Shown here piece after piece: positions 46,525-58,273 of a stretch of DNA of 64,000 nucleotides. The position numbers and the translations under genes are program-made. This DNA comes from an uncultured Planctomycetia bacterium. Lineage in GTDB: Bacteria > Omnitrophota > Gorgyraeia > 2-02-FULL-51-18 > JAGOUK01. The stretch spans positions 194,039 to 258,038 of the forward strand of contig CAYSFB010000003.1 in assembly GCA_964430735.1 (NCBI GenBank). Direction: 5' to 3'. The notes beneath the pieces are model-generated. The model had not been told where the DNA came from and made no database searches. It saw only the letters and a program-made list of their open reading frames with translations. Every line of letters starts with the position of its first letter. Within the stretch, counting starts at the first letter, position 1.

Positions 46525-47174
46525 GCGTGACTCTCCTGTTTTGCGAGCAATGTTTTAAAGGCCTGGGCCGCCGCGCGGATGTCCGGCGCGTCCTGAACGG
46601 CGCGCACGACGGCGATCCGGCTGGCGCCCATGGCCAAAAGTCCGGGAACGGCGGCGAGATCGATGCCGCCGATCGCAAAAAAAGGCTGTTCGAAGGCGCC
46701 GAGGATGGCGCGGATCTGATCCGGACCGATCGCCCGGTAGTCGGGCTTGGTCGGCGTGGCGAACATCGGACCGAAGCCGAGATAGTCGGCAGCCTCGCGG
46801 GCTGCGGCTTTGGCCTGCTCGGGCGAATGGGTCGACTTGCCGACCAGGAGACCCGATCCAGCCGACCGGCGGGCGTCCGCCACGCTCCAGTCGTCCTGCC
46901 CGACATGCACTCCGTCCGCTCCCGACTCCGCGGCCGCAATTGGATCGTCGTTGACGATAAACAGCGCGCCCAGTTCCTGAACCGCGCGGCCGACGCTTTG
47001 CGCGCGGCGGACGATCTCCCGGGTGGATGCGCCCTTCATCCGCAGCTGGATGATGTCCGCGCCGCCGAGCACCGCTTCCCGGGCCACCTCTTCGGCCGGC
47101 CGGCCCGACGCGCTTTGAGGCCCGAGCACCACGTAGAGGCGCGCGCGGCTAAGCTTTTCTTTTCTCGTAATCAT
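46521..47174 (-). CDS. thiE: thiamine-phosphate synthase
   Basis: TMP-TENI fold pattern (LYVVLG...IQLRMKG...FIVNDD...GADGVHVGQDD). Confidence 0.85.
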   Translation of the reverse strand: MITRKEKLSRARLYVVLGPQSASGRPAEEVAREAVLGGADIIQLRMKGASTREIVRRAQSVGRAVQELGALFIVNDDPIAAAESGADGVHVGQDDWSVADARRSAGSGLLVGKSTHSPEQAKAAAREAADYLGFGPMFATPTKPDYRAIGPDQIRAILGAFEQPFFAIGGIDLAAVPGLLAMGASRIAVVRAVQDAPDIRAAAQAFKTLLAKQESHA

Positions 47175-47562
47175 AAACGCTGAAGCGGATCTTTTTGATC
47201 CGGTCGCTCAGCCGGCCGTCGACCAGCTTGAGCACCTCTTCCAGGACTCTCAGAGATTCCTTGGCCCGCTGGAGGTTGGCAAAATAAACGTCCGAAACGC
47301 CGGAGCGGCGCTTTTCGAGCGCATGCGGCGCCTTGCCCGTATCGGCTGCGATGTCCCGGCCGCCGAGCAGCGAACGCCGCGGCAATTCCTTGAGGACGGC
47401 CGTCACGGCATGACGGAGTGCCCGAAGACGCGCCGCGTCCGTGGTCGAGCGGGTTCCGAAACGCTCGAGGTCCTCACACACCCGGAGCGCTTCACGGGTC
47501 CGGTTGAAGTTGGCGTCCAGTAACGTCCAACACGCGCGCGGAAGCCGTGCGCGGGCGGTCAT
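47149..47562 (-). CDS. hypothetical protein translationally coupled upstream of thiE
   Basis: A 138-aa protein with an LLDANFNRTREALRVCEDLERF motif. The start ATG at 47562 overlaps the rfaE2 stop (ATGA). Confidence 0.4.
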   Translation of the reverse strand: MTARARLPRACWTLLDANFNRTREALRVCEDLERFGTRSTTDAARLRALRHAVTAVLKELPRRSLLGGRDIAADTGKAPHALEKRRSGVSDVYFANLQRAKESLRVLEEVLKLVDGRLSDRIKKIRFSVYDYEKRKA

Positions 47563-48041
47563 TTGGACGTTCCGCGGATTTTGTCGATAATCGAGGTGGT
47601 GGAGCGGCCTTTGACGAAAAGGCCCGAAATGACGCGGCCGCCGCGGGCCTTGACGACGTCGGCGCCGACAATGGTTCCGGTCGACCAATCGCCGCCCTTG
47701 ATGAGCACGTCCGGCTGAACGCGTTCGATGAGCTTTTGGGGCGTGTCCTGGGAAAAAACGACCACGCAGTCGACGGGCCGCAGATTCTCGAGGAGGAGTT
47801 TGCGCTCGGCAAACGGCAGGATCGGACGGCCCGCGCCCTTCAAGCGCCTGACGGACGCATCCGAATTCACGCCGACGATCAAAAAATCCCCGTACGACTT
47901 GGCCTGGTTCAAAAACAGGACATGTCCTGAGTGAACCAGGTCATAACAGCCGTTTGTAAAAACGATTTTTTTGCCGGAACGGCGGGCAGCCGCGATGCGC
48001 TGGAAGGGGTCGGATGCTCGGGTTCCCTTGCGCGCGGCCAC
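47559..48041 (-). CDS. D-glycero-beta-D-manno-heptose 1-phosphate adenylyltransferase (RfaE domain II/HldE C-terminal type)
   Basis: It has the cytidylyltransferase motif VFTNGCYDLVHSGH. Confidence 0.8.
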   Translation of the reverse strand: MAARKGTRASDPFQRIAAARRSGKKIVFTNGCYDLVHSGHVLFLNQAKSYGDFLIVGVNSDASVRRLKGAGRPILPFAERKLLLENLRPVDCVVVFSQDTPQKLIERVQPDVLIKGGDWSTGTIVGADVVKARGGRVISGLFVKGRSTTSIIDKIRGTSK

Positions 48042-48046
48042 GGGAT

Positions 48047-48619
48047 TTATCCGGCGGTGACGGCCTCATCCACCAAACGGCACAGCACGTGGCCGATGGC
48101 GATGTGGCATTCCTGGATATGCGCCGTGCGCTCGACGGGGATCACGACGGCGACGTCGGCCAGCTTGGCGAGTTCGCCGCCCGACCGGCCGGTCATACCG
48201 ATGGTCTTCAGGCCGCGCGCTTTGGCGGCCTGAATGGCGAGGTTCACGTTCTTCGAATTGCCGCTGGTGGAGATGCCGAACGCGACGTCCCCCGCCTGGC
48301 CCAGCGCTTCGATCTGGCGCGAAAAAATCACGTCGAACGAATAGTCGTTGGCGACGGCCGTGAGGATGGAGGTGTCGGTCGTGAGCGCGATGGACGGGAG
48401 GGCGCGGCGCTCTTTTTCGTAGCGGCCGACGAATTCCGCCGCCAGGTGCTGGGCGTCGCTGGCCGATCCGCCGTTGCCAAAAAAAAGGATCTTCTTCCCC
48501 GACTTGGACGCGTCGACGATGATCTTCGCGGCGCGTTCGATCACCGGCAGCAACTCGTCCAGCACGCGGCGCTTGGCCGCGATACTGGCTTCGAGATGCT
48601 CCCGGATGATGTTCTGCAT
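48047..48619 (-). CDS. gmhA: phosphoheptose isomerase (D-sedoheptulose 7-phosphate isomerase)
   Basis: A SIS domain with the GmhA pattern (FFGNGGSASDAQHLAAEF...GISTSGNS). Confidence 0.85.
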   Translation of the reverse strand: MQNIIREHLEASIAAKRRVLDELLPVIERAAKIIVDASKSGKKILFFGNGGSASDAQHLAAEFVGRYEKERRALPSIALTTDTSILTAVANDYSFDVIFSRQIEALGQAGDVAFGISTSGNSKNVNLAIQAAKARGLKTIGMTGRSGGELAKLADVAVVIPVERTAHIQECHIAIGHVLCRLVDEAVTAG

Positions 48620-48639
48620 GTCGCTGGAAGTCCTGTCGT

Positions 48640-49668
48640 TTATCCGAAGAACTTCTGCGCCATCTTGTAGAGCTCCTTGTCCACGACTTTGAGCTTCTTG
48701 GTGGCGTCGGCGATCTTGATGGCGATGATGTCGGTGCCGCTGAGCGCGACCATGTGGCCGTATTTCTTCTGCTTCACAAGCTCCACAGCCTTTACGCCGA
48801 ACCGGGTGCCAAGCACGCGGTCGAAGGCGGTCGGAGAACCGCCGCGCTGAATGTGGCCGAGCTCGGTGACGCGGGTTTCGAACCCGGTGCGCTTTTCGAT
48901 CTCCTTGCCCAGGGTGTGCGAGATGCCGCCCAGGAGCACGTGGCCGAACGCGTCTTTTTTCTGCTGCTTGAGCACGAGGTCCCAGCCCTTGATCTGGGCG
49001 CCTTCGGCGACCACCACGATGCTGAAGCTCTTGCCGCGGGCATGACGCTTCTGGATGGTGCTGATGATCTCGTCCATTGTCATCGAGAATTCGGGAAGCA
49101 GGATCAGGTCGGCACCGCCGGCCAGGCCCGCGTGAAGCGCGATCCAGCCCGCATGGCGGCCCATGACTTCGACGACCATGATGCGGTGATGGCTTTCGGC
49201 GGTCGTATGCAGGCGGTCGATCGCCTCCATGACGACGTTGATCGCTGTGTCGAATCCGAAGGTGTAATCGGTTCCGGACAGGTCGTTGTCGATCGTCTTG
49301 GGAACGCCGACGACCGGGAATCCCTCGGCCGAAAGCTTCGTCGCCACTCCGAGCGTGTCCTCGCCGCCGATCGCGATCAGCGCGTCCAGATTGAGGCCGC
49401 GCCAGTTCTTCTTGAGGTTGGCGAGGGCTTCCTTGTCCTTATAGGGATTGGTGCGGCTGGTTCCGAGAATCGTTCCGCCGCGGTGCAGGATGCCGGTGAC
49501 CGTGGTGAGGTTCAGGTCCATGGGAGGAAGATTGTTCACCAATCCTGCCCAGCCATTGCGAAGACCGACCACTTCGTCGCCGGTCGGAACGGCCGCGCGC
49601 ACGATCGCGCGGATCACAGGGTTCAATCCAGGACAATCTCCGCCGCCGGTCAATACTCCGATTCTCAT
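48640..49668 (-). CDS. 6-phosphofructokinase, probably pyrophosphate-dependent
   Basis: It has the PFK motifs GGGDCPGLN, GGEDT (Asp at the E. coli Gly104-equivalent) and PKTIDNDL (Lys at the Gly124-equivalent). The Asp/Lys pair is the known PPi-PFK signature. Confidence 0.8.
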   Translation of the reverse strand: MRIGVLTGGGDCPGLNPVIRAIVRAAVPTGDEVVGLRNGWAGLVNNLPPMDLNLTTVTGILHRGGTILGTSRTNPYKDKEALANLKKNWRGLNLDALIAIGGEDTLGVATKLSAEGFPVVGVPKTIDNDLSGTDYTFGFDTAINVVMEAIDRLHTTAESHHRIMVVEVMGRHAGWIALHAGLAGGADLILLPEFSMTMDEIISTIQKRHARGKSFSIVVVAEGAQIKGWDLVLKQQKKDAFGHVLLGGISHTLGKEIEKRTGFETRVTELGHIQRGGSPTAFDRVLGTRFGVKAVELVKQKKYGHMVALSGTDIIAIKIADATKKLKVVDKELYKMAQKFFG

Positions 49669-49704
49669 GCTGTCCGCCTTTCTCCCTCGGGTCCGATGGG
49701 ATGT

Positions 49705-51069
<1,365 letters not shown>

Positions 51070-51103
51070 GAAGGGATGGGTTCGCTGCGGTGGCGCCGGG
51101 TGG

Positions 51104-51553
51104 TCAGGCGGCGACCGTAAAAAGAACCTGTCCGAATTCGATCGGAGAGCCGTTCTTCACATGAACCTCGGTGACCGTGCCCCGGATCTCGGATTTGATC
51201 TCGTTCATCAGCTTCATCGCCTCGACGATGCAGATGACCTGTCCGACGTCCACTTTTTGACCGACCTTGAGATACGGCTCGGCGTCCGGAGACGGAGCGG
51301 AATAAAAAGTTCCGACCATGGGTGACTTGATCGTGAGTCCCGGAGCGGCGGCCGGGGCGGCGGGCGCGGCCGGGGCCGACGGTGCGGCCGGGGCGGCGGC
51401 CTGGGGCGCGGACATCATGCGCGGAGCTTCGACCATGATGCTCTCCTGGCCCTTTTTCAGCTTGATCTTGGCGCCGTCCGTTTCCACTTCGACCTCGGTG
51501 AGGTCGTTCTCGTTCATCAGCGCGATCAAGTCCTTGATCTCTCGTAGGTTCAC
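51104..51553 (-). CDS. accB: acetyl-CoA carboxylase biotin carboxyl carrier protein
   Basis: It has the biotinyl-lysine motif EAMKLMNEI with a PA-rich linker. Confidence 0.85.
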   Translation of the reverse strand: MNLREIKDLIALMNENDLTEVEVETDGAKIKLKKGQESIMVEAPRMMSAPQAAAPAAPSAPAAPAAPAAAPGLTIKSPMVGTFYSAPSPDAEPYLKVGQKVDVGQVICIVEAMKLMNEIKSEIRGTVTEVHVKNGSPIEFGQVLFTVAA

Positions 51554-51577
51554 GGTTTCCTCCGGAAAATGTTGGGG

Positions 51578-52144
51578 TTAGGACGCCGAAGCGCGTTCGA
51601 TGTAATTGCCCGTGCGCGTGTCGACTTTGACGACGTCGCCCGGATTGATGAACAGAGGGACCCGGACCACGGCGCCGGTCTCGAGCGTCGCCGGCTTGTT
51701 GCCCGACTTCGCCGTATCTCCGCGCACGCCCGGTTCCGTTTCTTTTATTTCGAGAATCACCGACGCGGGCAACTCAATCGTGAGGAGCTCATTGTCGCCG
51801 TACAGACCGGTGACGTTCATGTTCTCCTTCATATACTGGAGCTGTTCAGTGATCGTGGACTTGTTGATGACGACGTCCTGGTAGTCCTCGGTGTTCATGA
51901 AGTGGATGAGCTCGCCGTCCGCGTACAGGTACTGGAGCTCGTGGCGTTCGAGATAAACGTCCTCGAACATGTCGCCGGAGCGGAACGGCTGCTCGAGCGT
52001 TTGACCGGTCTTGAGGCTCACCAGCTTGGTGCGGATGATCGGCGCGCGCTGCTGCATCTTGACGTGCTGGAACCAGATGACCTGGAATAGCTGGTTGTTG
52101 TACTTGATGACGACGCCGTTCTTAAAGTCGTTGGCACTGATCAT
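51578..52144 (-). CDS. efp: elongation factor P
   Basis: EF-P pattern across the 188-aa protein. Confidence 0.9.
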   Translation of the reverse strand: MISANDFKNGVVIKYNNQLFQVIWFQHVKMQQRAPIIRTKLVSLKTGQTLEQPFRSGDMFEDVYLERHELQYLYADGELIHFMNTEDYQDVVINKSTITEQLQYMKENMNVTGLYGDNELLTIELPASVILEIKETEPGVRGDTAKSGNKPATLETGAVVRVPLFINPGDVVKVDTRTGNYIERASAS

Positions 52145-52159
52145 AAAAAGCCGCCTGCC

Positions 52160-53245
52160 TTATCTTGTAATGGATTGGAGTTTTTTGGGGATTCTGGCGG
52201 TCAAAACTTCGGCGCCCTTGTCCGTGATCAGGAGCATGTCCTCGATCCGGACGCCGAACTGGCCCGGCAAATAGATGCCGGGCTCGACCGTGATGACCAT
52301 CCCGGGCTCCAAAACTTCGGAAGACCGGTGGGAGACGGACGGTGATTCGTGGATTTCGAGGCCCACACCGTGCCCGGTCCCGTGACCAAAAAACTTTCCG
52401 TATCCTTTTTTGTCGATGTAATCACGGCAGGCCAGGTCGACATCCTTCGCCTTGACGCCCGGGCCGGCCTTGCGAATGCCGAGCTCCTGCGCTTGAAGCA
52501 CCGTGTTGTAGATCTTCTGCTTCAAGGGCGGTATTTTACCGGTGAAGAAACAGCGGGTCAAGTCGGAGTGATACCCTTCGTAGACGCATCCCATGTCGAC
52601 CAGGATGAGGTCGTTTTCCCGGACCTTGGTTTCCCCCGTCACCGCATGCGGCATCGACGAATTCGGATCCGCGGCGATAATAATATCAAAAGCGGGCTTC
52701 TGAGAACCGAACATCTTGGTGTCGTATTCCAGCTTGGCCTGAATCTCCCGCTCCTTCATGCCCGGCGCAAGACCCGCCGCCAGACTCTCCATCCCCAGCC
52801 GCATGATGTCCACCGACTGCTTGATCTTGGCAATCTCACCCTTGTCCTTCCGGATGCGCAAAGCTTCGACCGAGTCGTGGACTGCGACAATCGAGGCCTG
52901 GGGACAATTGCGGGACAGCGCGCGATAAAGCGAAAACGAGATCCGCCCCGCTTCCACACCGAGCCGCCGGACACCATGACGGACGCAAATCTCGTTCACC
53001 ATCACGGAATAAGGCTTTTTGTCGCGCAAAACGATGGTAAAGCCCTTGAGCTCGCGCCGAGCCTGCTCCACATAACGGAAATCGGTCAAAAAGTAGCGCT
53101 TGTCCGGGAGGATCACCGCATACGACTCCGTCCCCGTGTAGCCAGTCAGGTACGAGACATTCGGTTCGCAGCTCAGAAAAAAAGCGTCGAGGTTGCGGGT
53201 TTCAAAAATCCGGCTGAATTGCGCTAAACGGGTGGCGGTGTTCAT
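52160..53245 (-). CDS. M24-family Xaa-Pro aminopeptidase
   Basis: Pita-bread fold metal-ligand pattern ([12 protein letters not shown]...[13 protein letters not shown]...EPGIY). Confidence 0.8.
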   Translation of the reverse strand: MNTATRLAQFSRIFETRNLDAFFLSCEPNVSYLTGYTGTESYAVILPDKRYFLTDFRYVEQARRELKGFTIVLRDKKPYSVMVNEICVRHGVRRLGVEAGRISFSLYRALSRNCPQASIVAVHDSVEALRIRKDKGEIAKIKQSVDIMRLGMESLAAGLAPGMKEREIQAKLEYDTKMFGSQKPAFDIIIAADPNSSMPHAVTGETKVRENDLILVDMGCVYEGYHSDLTRCFFTGKIPPLKQKIYNTVLQAQELGIRKAGPGVKAKDVDLACRDYIDKKGYGKFFGHGTGHGVGLEIHESPSVSHRSSEVLEPGMVITVEPGIYLPGQFGVRIEDMLLITDKGAEVLTARIPKKLQSITR

Positions 53246-53739
53246 CGGCGTGCTTTTCCCTTCGCCTTGCGGACGGGTTTGGTGGATTTTTGGGAGGCGG
53301 ATTTTCCGCCGATGAGCCGCGCCAGCGCCAGCAGACCGAGCTCGTAGCTCTGGGGTCCGAAGCCGGAGATCTGACCGACCGCGACCGGCGAAACGAGCGA
53401 CTGATGACGGAACGCCTCCCGCGCATAGATGTTGGAAAGATGGACTTCGACGACGGGCAGCTTGGAAGCGGCCACCGCGTCGCGGATCGCGACGCTTGTG
53501 TGCGTGTAAGCGGCCGGGTTGATCAGAATACCGTCATGACGGTCGATCGCCGTGCCGATCTTCGACACGATCTCGCCCTCGTGATTGGACTGAAAAAAGT
53601 CGAGCGTCAGCCCCGTCCCCTTCGCCAGCGCGGACAGGGTCGCGTTGATCGAGGCCAGCGTCGACTTCCCGTAAATCCCGGGTTCGCGGACGCCGAGCAG
53701 GTTCAGGTTCGGCCCATGGATGACCAGGATGGATTTCAT
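53242..53739 (-). CDS. aroQ: type II 3-dehydroquinate dehydratase
   Basis: It has [16 protein letters not shown] and HLSNI, typical of AroQ, plus a basic C-terminal tail. Confidence 0.85.
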   Translation of the reverse strand: MKSILVIHGPNLNLLGVREPGIYGKSTLASINATLSALAKGTGLTLDFFQSNHEGEIVSKIGTAIDRHDGILINPAAYTHTSVAIRDAVAASKLPVVEVHLSNIYAREAFRHQSLVSPVAVGQISGFGPQSYELGLLALARLIGGKSASQKSTKPVRKAKGKARR

Positions 53740-53748
53740 AGATCTCCT

Positions 53749-54708
53749 CTACGCTGCGGCTTTCAGGTTCTTGAAGCTGAAGTGGTAGTCGTGGCGGATC
53801 AGGTAGACGATCCCACCGATCGCGCTCATCAGCACCAGATAAAACAGATACAGGATCGCAAGCGCTCCGGCGAACTCATGCCCGATGAGCGGCTTAAAAA
53901 AATATTCAAACCCCTTCTCGCGCAGCCCCAGCCCCCCGAAGGACGGCAGCATGCCGAACAGATGCACGAGCGGCGTGCGGATCAGGAGCTGGTGCAGGGC
54001 GACGGAAGTCCCCAAGGCGGTGATGATCCACCAGGTCGACAGGATGCCGAGCACCTGCCCCGCCGCCGCAACGATGCAGATCCTGAGCACAAGCCACTTG
54101 TCGCGCGTGAGTTCGTGCATCGCGTGGTACAGGGCCCCCAACTGCTTCATGCCCGGGATTTTTTTCAGGAATTCCGTGAGGAATGTCAGCCGGGCGACAT
54201 GGTGCTTGTTGAAGATGAGCCAAAGCCCGGCGCAGGCGGCCGCGAGCATGCCGGCGACGATGAACGGGATCCGCGGATCCAGCTCCTTGAGCAGAAAAAG
54301 CACGGCCAGACTCGGAACCAGGATGAACATGAAAAGCCCGAGGATGCGGTCCATGAGACAAGCGCTGAACGTCTGGGTGCGCTTGCCGGTCTGCACCGAC
54401 GCGCAATACGCCTTGACCAGGTCGCCGCCCACGGCCGACGGCAAAAAGTTATTAAAAAACAGCCCGATAAAGGTCAGGTGGATCGCATCCCGGAACGACA
54501 GCGTGAGGCCTTGAGCCCTGAAGACGAGGCGCAGACGCCAGCCCAACAGGAATCCGGCCGTCAACATCAGGACGAATCCGACCGCCAGCGCGGTCGCGTC
54601 AATCCCCTTCAGGGCCGAGACGACCCCGTCAAAATTTCCGCGGAAACTCCAGACGAAAAAGCAAAGGAAGGCGACGCTGACGAGAATTCGGAGGAAGGTT
54701 GAACCCAT
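53749..54708 (-). CDS. lysylphosphatidylglycerol synthase TM region-like (flippase-like) membrane protein
   Basis: A polytopic membrane protein with a UPF0104/LPG_synthase_TM pattern (FFNNFLPSAVGGDLVKAY). Confidence 0.55.
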   Translation of the reverse strand: MGSTFLRILVSVAFLCFFVWSFRGNFDGVVSALKGIDATALAVGFVLMLTAGFLLGWRLRLVFRAQGLTLSFRDAIHLTFIGLFFNNFLPSAVGGDLVKAYCASVQTGKRTQTFSACLMDRILGLFMFILVPSLAVLFLLKELDPRIPFIVAGMLAAACAGLWLIFNKHHVARLTFLTEFLKKIPGMKQLGALYHAMHELTRDKWLVLRICIVAAAGQVLGILSTWWIITALGTSVALHQLLIRTPLVHLFGMLPSFGGLGLREKGFEYFFKPLIGHEFAGALAILYLFYLVLMSAIGGIVYLIRHDYHFSFKNLKAAA

Positions 54709-54714
54709 GGAGGA

Positions 54715-55293
54715 TTAGCGTAACACATTCCGGTCGCATCTGAAAAGAACCTCAAACGCGATGGAAGCGTGCCGGATCGAAGAGGGAAACGGCGGAAACG
54801 GCGCGGCAGCCGTCAACAAGTCCAACGCCGCTTTTTGAACGCCGGAAGGCGTTCCCGGCGGCGTCGAAACCGCCTCGATTTGACCCGCCCTGGAAACAAC
54901 GAAGTGCACGGTGACGTCTTCGGAGGCGGCAAAACCTCGGGAAGCGGCCTCGCGGGCCAAGTGGGCCTTCACTGCCTTGAAATAAACGGAAAAAATGAGC
55001 CCGGAGGATGGGTCGCTCAGCAGACGGTTCGCGGAAACGGCTTCCGGCGCGGATGTCCGGACGCGGACCCGATCCTCCTGTGATCCGGCGGGAGCCGGGG
55101 ACTCGGGGGTCTCAGGATTCTCCGGAACGATTTTGACCCGGATCTCCATGGCCGGCGACCGATAGGATCCGCCATGCGTCCCCCACCCTTTTTCCCAGCA
55201 CACCCAGCCGCCGATCACCGCCCCGTGCAGCAGGACCGAAGCAACCACCGCCGCCGTCAGCGCGCGGAATTCGGGCCGATCATTTTTTTTCAT
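54715..55293 (-). CDS. TonB C-terminal domain-like membrane protein
   Basis: It has an N-terminal TM helix and a proline-rich linker, then a C-terminal domain resembling TonB_C. The start was trimmed to the ATG at 55293, overlapping the upstream stop. Confidence 0.45.
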   Translation of the reverse strand: MKKNDRPEFRALTAAVVASVLLHGAVIGGWVCWEKGWGTHGGSYRSPAMEIRVKIVPENPETPESPAPAGSQEDRVRVRTSAPEAVSANRLLSDPSSGLIFSVYFKAVKAHLAREAASRGFAASEDVTVHFVVSRAGQIEAVSTPPGTPSGVQKAALDLLTAAAPFPPFPSSIRHASIAFEVLFRCDRNVLR

Positions 55294-56162
55294 TCGCTTC
55301 CTACCGTCCAGGGGTTTTCGAAACAGAACCATTCTTCCGGAGCTTCCAGAATCATCGCCTCCACCAGCGCGGTCAAACGCCGGCCGGTTTCCCGCTGTGG
55401 ATCCGGAAGATCCGAAACCGGAGCGTCGATCCGCTCCCAAAACCGCATCACCGGAACGCCGTCCGAACCCCGGCGCAGCGTCCCGCCGACGATCGGAGAG
55501 CCGCAAACGGCCGCCAGACGCGCAGGCCCTTGAGGCAGGCAAGCCGGCTGGCCGAACAACTCCGTCGCAAACCCGCCAAAATGATACCGGCGGTCGGCCA
55601 TGATTCCCAAGATACCACCCTGCCGAAGGACGCGCACGCATTTAATCAGGCCGGAAGAGCCGGCTTCGATCACCTTCAACCCCGTCCGCTCGCGCTGCCG
55701 CCGATACAGCCCCGCCACGCCGGCCGCCGGTGCGTACGCCAGCACCGTGAGCGGATATCCGCGGCTGGCGAGCGCCATCGCGCCCAGTTCCCAACGACCC
55801 GTGTGGGCGCCCGCCAGGATGACTCCTTTTCCGAGGGCCAGCGCGTCGTCAAGATGCTGCTTCCCGACGACCCTCAGGTCCGGAAGGAGCGGTACCGCTT
55901 CCGAACGCGTCTCATACAGCAGGTCGACGCAGGCCCGTCCAAAGTTCCGATAAACGCGCCGGGCGGATTCGCGGATTTCGGGCGAGTCTTCGGGTAGGCG
56001 GCGGAGCGCCGACTGATTCCGGCGAACGAGCGCGCGCTCGTTCTTTTTAAGCGCATGGGAAAGAAAAGAAGCGGTGTCGGCGATGCGGTTTCCGACGGAC
56101 CGGGGTACCAGACGGGAAACGGCGTAAGCGGAAAAGTAGGCGGCAGTCCGCCAGAGGTTCAC
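55290..56162 (-). CDS. lipid A biosynthesis-type (LpxL/HtrB-like) acyltransferase, LPLAT superfamily
   Basis: It has the HX4D acyltransferase motif (GAHTGRWE). Confidence 0.65.
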   Translation of the reverse strand: MNLWRTAAYFSAYAVSRLVPRSVGNRIADTASFLSHALKKNERALVRRNQSALRRLPEDSPEIRESARRVYRNFGRACVDLLYETRSEAVPLLPDLRVVGKQHLDDALALGKGVILAGAHTGRWELGAMALASRGYPLTVLAYAPAAGVAGLYRRQRERTGLKVIEAGSSGLIKCVRVLRQGGILGIMADRRYHFGGFATELFGQPACLPQGPARLAAVCGSPIVGGTLRRGSDGVPVMRFWERIDAPVSDLPDPQRETGRRLTALVEAMILEAPEEWFCFENPWTVGSE

Positions 56163-57136
56163 GAGACCGGCTGCGGAGCGGGAGCGGCCTGTCCCGCCAT
56201 GATGCGGCGGAGCTTATCGAAGGAGTCCTTGGCGTGATACGAGCTGCGGACGAACGGACCGCTCTCGACGAGCTCAAACCCCATCGCTTCGGCTTCCGCG
56301 CGATACGCGTCGAATTCCTCGGGTGCCACGAAACGCTCGACGGGACACGCGGTCCGGTCGGGCTGAAGGTACTGACCCAGAGTCAACATCCGGCAACCGG
56401 CTTTCCGCAAGTCCCCCAGCATTTCGAGCACTTCCCCGCGCGTCTCGCCGAGACCGAGCATCGCGCCGCTTTTGGTGATCCGGCCCGGCTGGTTCTCGGC
56501 CACGCGGCGGATGAGATTCAGGGAGAGATCGTAACCGCCCTGAGGGCGGACGCGGCGATGCACCGAACGGACCGTCTCGATGTTGTGGTTAAAAATGTCG
56601 ATGGGCATCCGGGCGAGCGCGCGGACGGCCCGCTCCTGATCGCGCTTGAAGTCGGGTGTCAGAATCTCGAGGATGAGCCCGGGGTTCCGGCGCCGAAGCG
56701 CGTCGGTGACTTTTTGGAAGTGCTCCAACCCCTCGTCTTCGAGATCGTCCCGGGTGACGGATGTGACGACGGCATGATCCAACCCCAGGCGGGCGACGGC
56801 TTCGGCGAGGTGCTCGGGTTCATTCGGATCGGGGTGAAGCGGCTTGCCGGGGGCGACGGAACAATAATGGCAGTTCCGGGTGCAGCGGTCGCCCAGAATC
56901 ATGAACGAAGCGGTTTTTTGGGACCAGCATTCATTGCGGTTCGGGCAGCGTCCGCTTTCGCAGATGGTCTTGAGACCGAGACCCGAGATGAGCTCGTCGG
57001 TCTTGGCCGCCTGCTGCCCGGCCGAAAGACTTTTGCGGAGCCAAACAGGCAGGCGCGCGGGCTCGGCCCCGAACCGCCGCGTCTCGGGCCGGTCCGGCCA
57101 CTTGGAGGAAGATGCGGCGGCGGCGCTCATCGGCAA
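56159..57136 (-). CDS. lipA: lipoyl synthase
   Basis: It has the radical-SAM CTRNCHYC motif and the auxiliary cluster cysteines CESGRCPNRNEC. Confidence 0.9.
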   Translation of the reverse strand: MPMSAAAASSSKWPDRPETRRFGAEPARLPVWLRKSLSAGQQAAKTDELISGLGLKTICESGRCPNRNECWSQKTASFMILGDRCTRNCHYCSVAPGKPLHPDPNEPEHLAEAVARLGLDHAVVTSVTRDDLEDEGLEHFQKVTDALRRRNPGLILEILTPDFKRDQERAVRALARMPIDIFNHNIETVRSVHRRVRPQGGYDLSLNLIRRVAENQPGRITKSGAMLGLGETRGEVLEMLGDLRKAGCRMLTLGQYLQPDRTACPVERFVAPEEFDAYRAEAEAMGFELVESGPFVRSSYHAKDSFDKLRRIMAGQAAPAPQPVS

Positions 57137-57143
57137 AATACGA

Positions 57144-58238
57144 TTACTTGTTCGTAATCGCCTTCATGCGCGCGATGATCGCGTCGGCCATTTCCTTCGT
57201 GCCGACCGCGGTCGGGTCGCTCTTGGAAGCCTTGAGATCGTAGGTGACGTACTTGTTTTCGGCGAGAATGTCGGAAACGGCTTGATCCAACAGGTCCGCT
57301 TTTTTGGGCTCGTTCATATGCCGGAGCATGAGCACCGCCGAAAGGATGAGCGCGGTCGGGTTCATGCGGTTTTGACCCGCGTATTTCGGGGCCGATCCAT
57401 GAGTCGCTTCGAACACCGCGATGTCATGGCCGATGTTCGCGCCCGGAGCCACGCCCAGACCGCCGATGAGGCCGGCGCAAAGATCCGAAACGACGTCGCC
57501 GTAGAGATTCGGAAGCACGAGCACGTCGTATTCGTCCGGACGCTGGACCAGCTGCATGCACATGTTGTCGACGATGCGGTCGTTGAACTCGACGCGGCCG
57601 GCATACTGCTGGGCGACTTCCTGCCCCGCTTTGAGGAACAGGCCGTCGGTCGCCTTCATGATGTTGGCCTTGTGGACCGCCGTGACCTTCTTGCGGCCGT
57701 GCGACAGCGCGTGCTCAAAGGCATATTTGAAGATCGCCTTGGAGGCGCTGACCGAGATCGGCTTGATGCTGATCGCGGAATCCGGATTAATCTTCTTTTT
57801 GGAGAGCTCTTCTATCGTCTTGATCGCGCTCTTCGCCTCGGGCGTGCCCTCGAAAAACTCGATGCCCGCATACAGATCTTCACTGTTCTCGCGGACGATG
57901 GTGATGTCGACGTTCTTGAAGGGTCCGCGAATGCCGGGATAGATTTTGCAGGGACGGAGGCACGCGTAGAGATTGAGCTCCTTGCGCAGCGCGACATTGA
58001 CCGAGCGGAAGCCGGTGCCGATCGGGGTCGTGATCGGTCCCTTGATCGCGATCTTGTTCTTGCGAATCGAGTTTAGGACGGCTTCGGGCAGCGGGGTGCC
58101 TTCTTTTTTCATCACGCCTTCACCGGCGTCGAGCACTTCCCATTCGATACCGACGCCCGTCGCGTCGACGCAGCGCCGTGTCGCTTCCGCCAGTTCCGGT
58201 CCGACTCCGTCTCCAGGTATCAAGGTGACCTTACGCAT
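57144..58238 (-). CDS. icd: isocitrate dehydrogenase-type (isocitrate/isopropylmalate dehydrogenase family, NAD-IDH-like)
   Basis: It has the motifs [21 protein letters not shown] and GSAPKYAG. The IDH versus LeuB assignment is tentative. Confidence 0.7.
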   Translation of the reverse strand: MRKVTLIPGDGVGPELAEATRRCVDATGVGIEWEVLDAGEGVMKKEGTPLPEAVLNSIRKNKIAIKGPITTPIGTGFRSVNVALRKELNLYACLRPCKIYPGIRGPFKNVDITIVRENSEDLYAGIEFFEGTPEAKSAIKTIEELSKKKINPDSAISIKPISVSASKAIFKYAFEHALSHGRKKVTAVHKANIMKATDGLFLKAGQEVAQQYAGRVEFNDRIVDNMCMQLVQRPDEYDVLVLPNLYGDVVSDLCAGLIGGLGVAPGANIGHDIAVFEATHGSAPKYAGQNRMNPTALILSAVLMLRHMNEPKKADLLDQAVSDILAENKYVTYDLKASKSDPTAVGTKEMADAIIARMKAITNK

Positions 58239-58273
58239 CGTGTGTTCTCCCCCAGATTAGATGTTCGAAAAAA

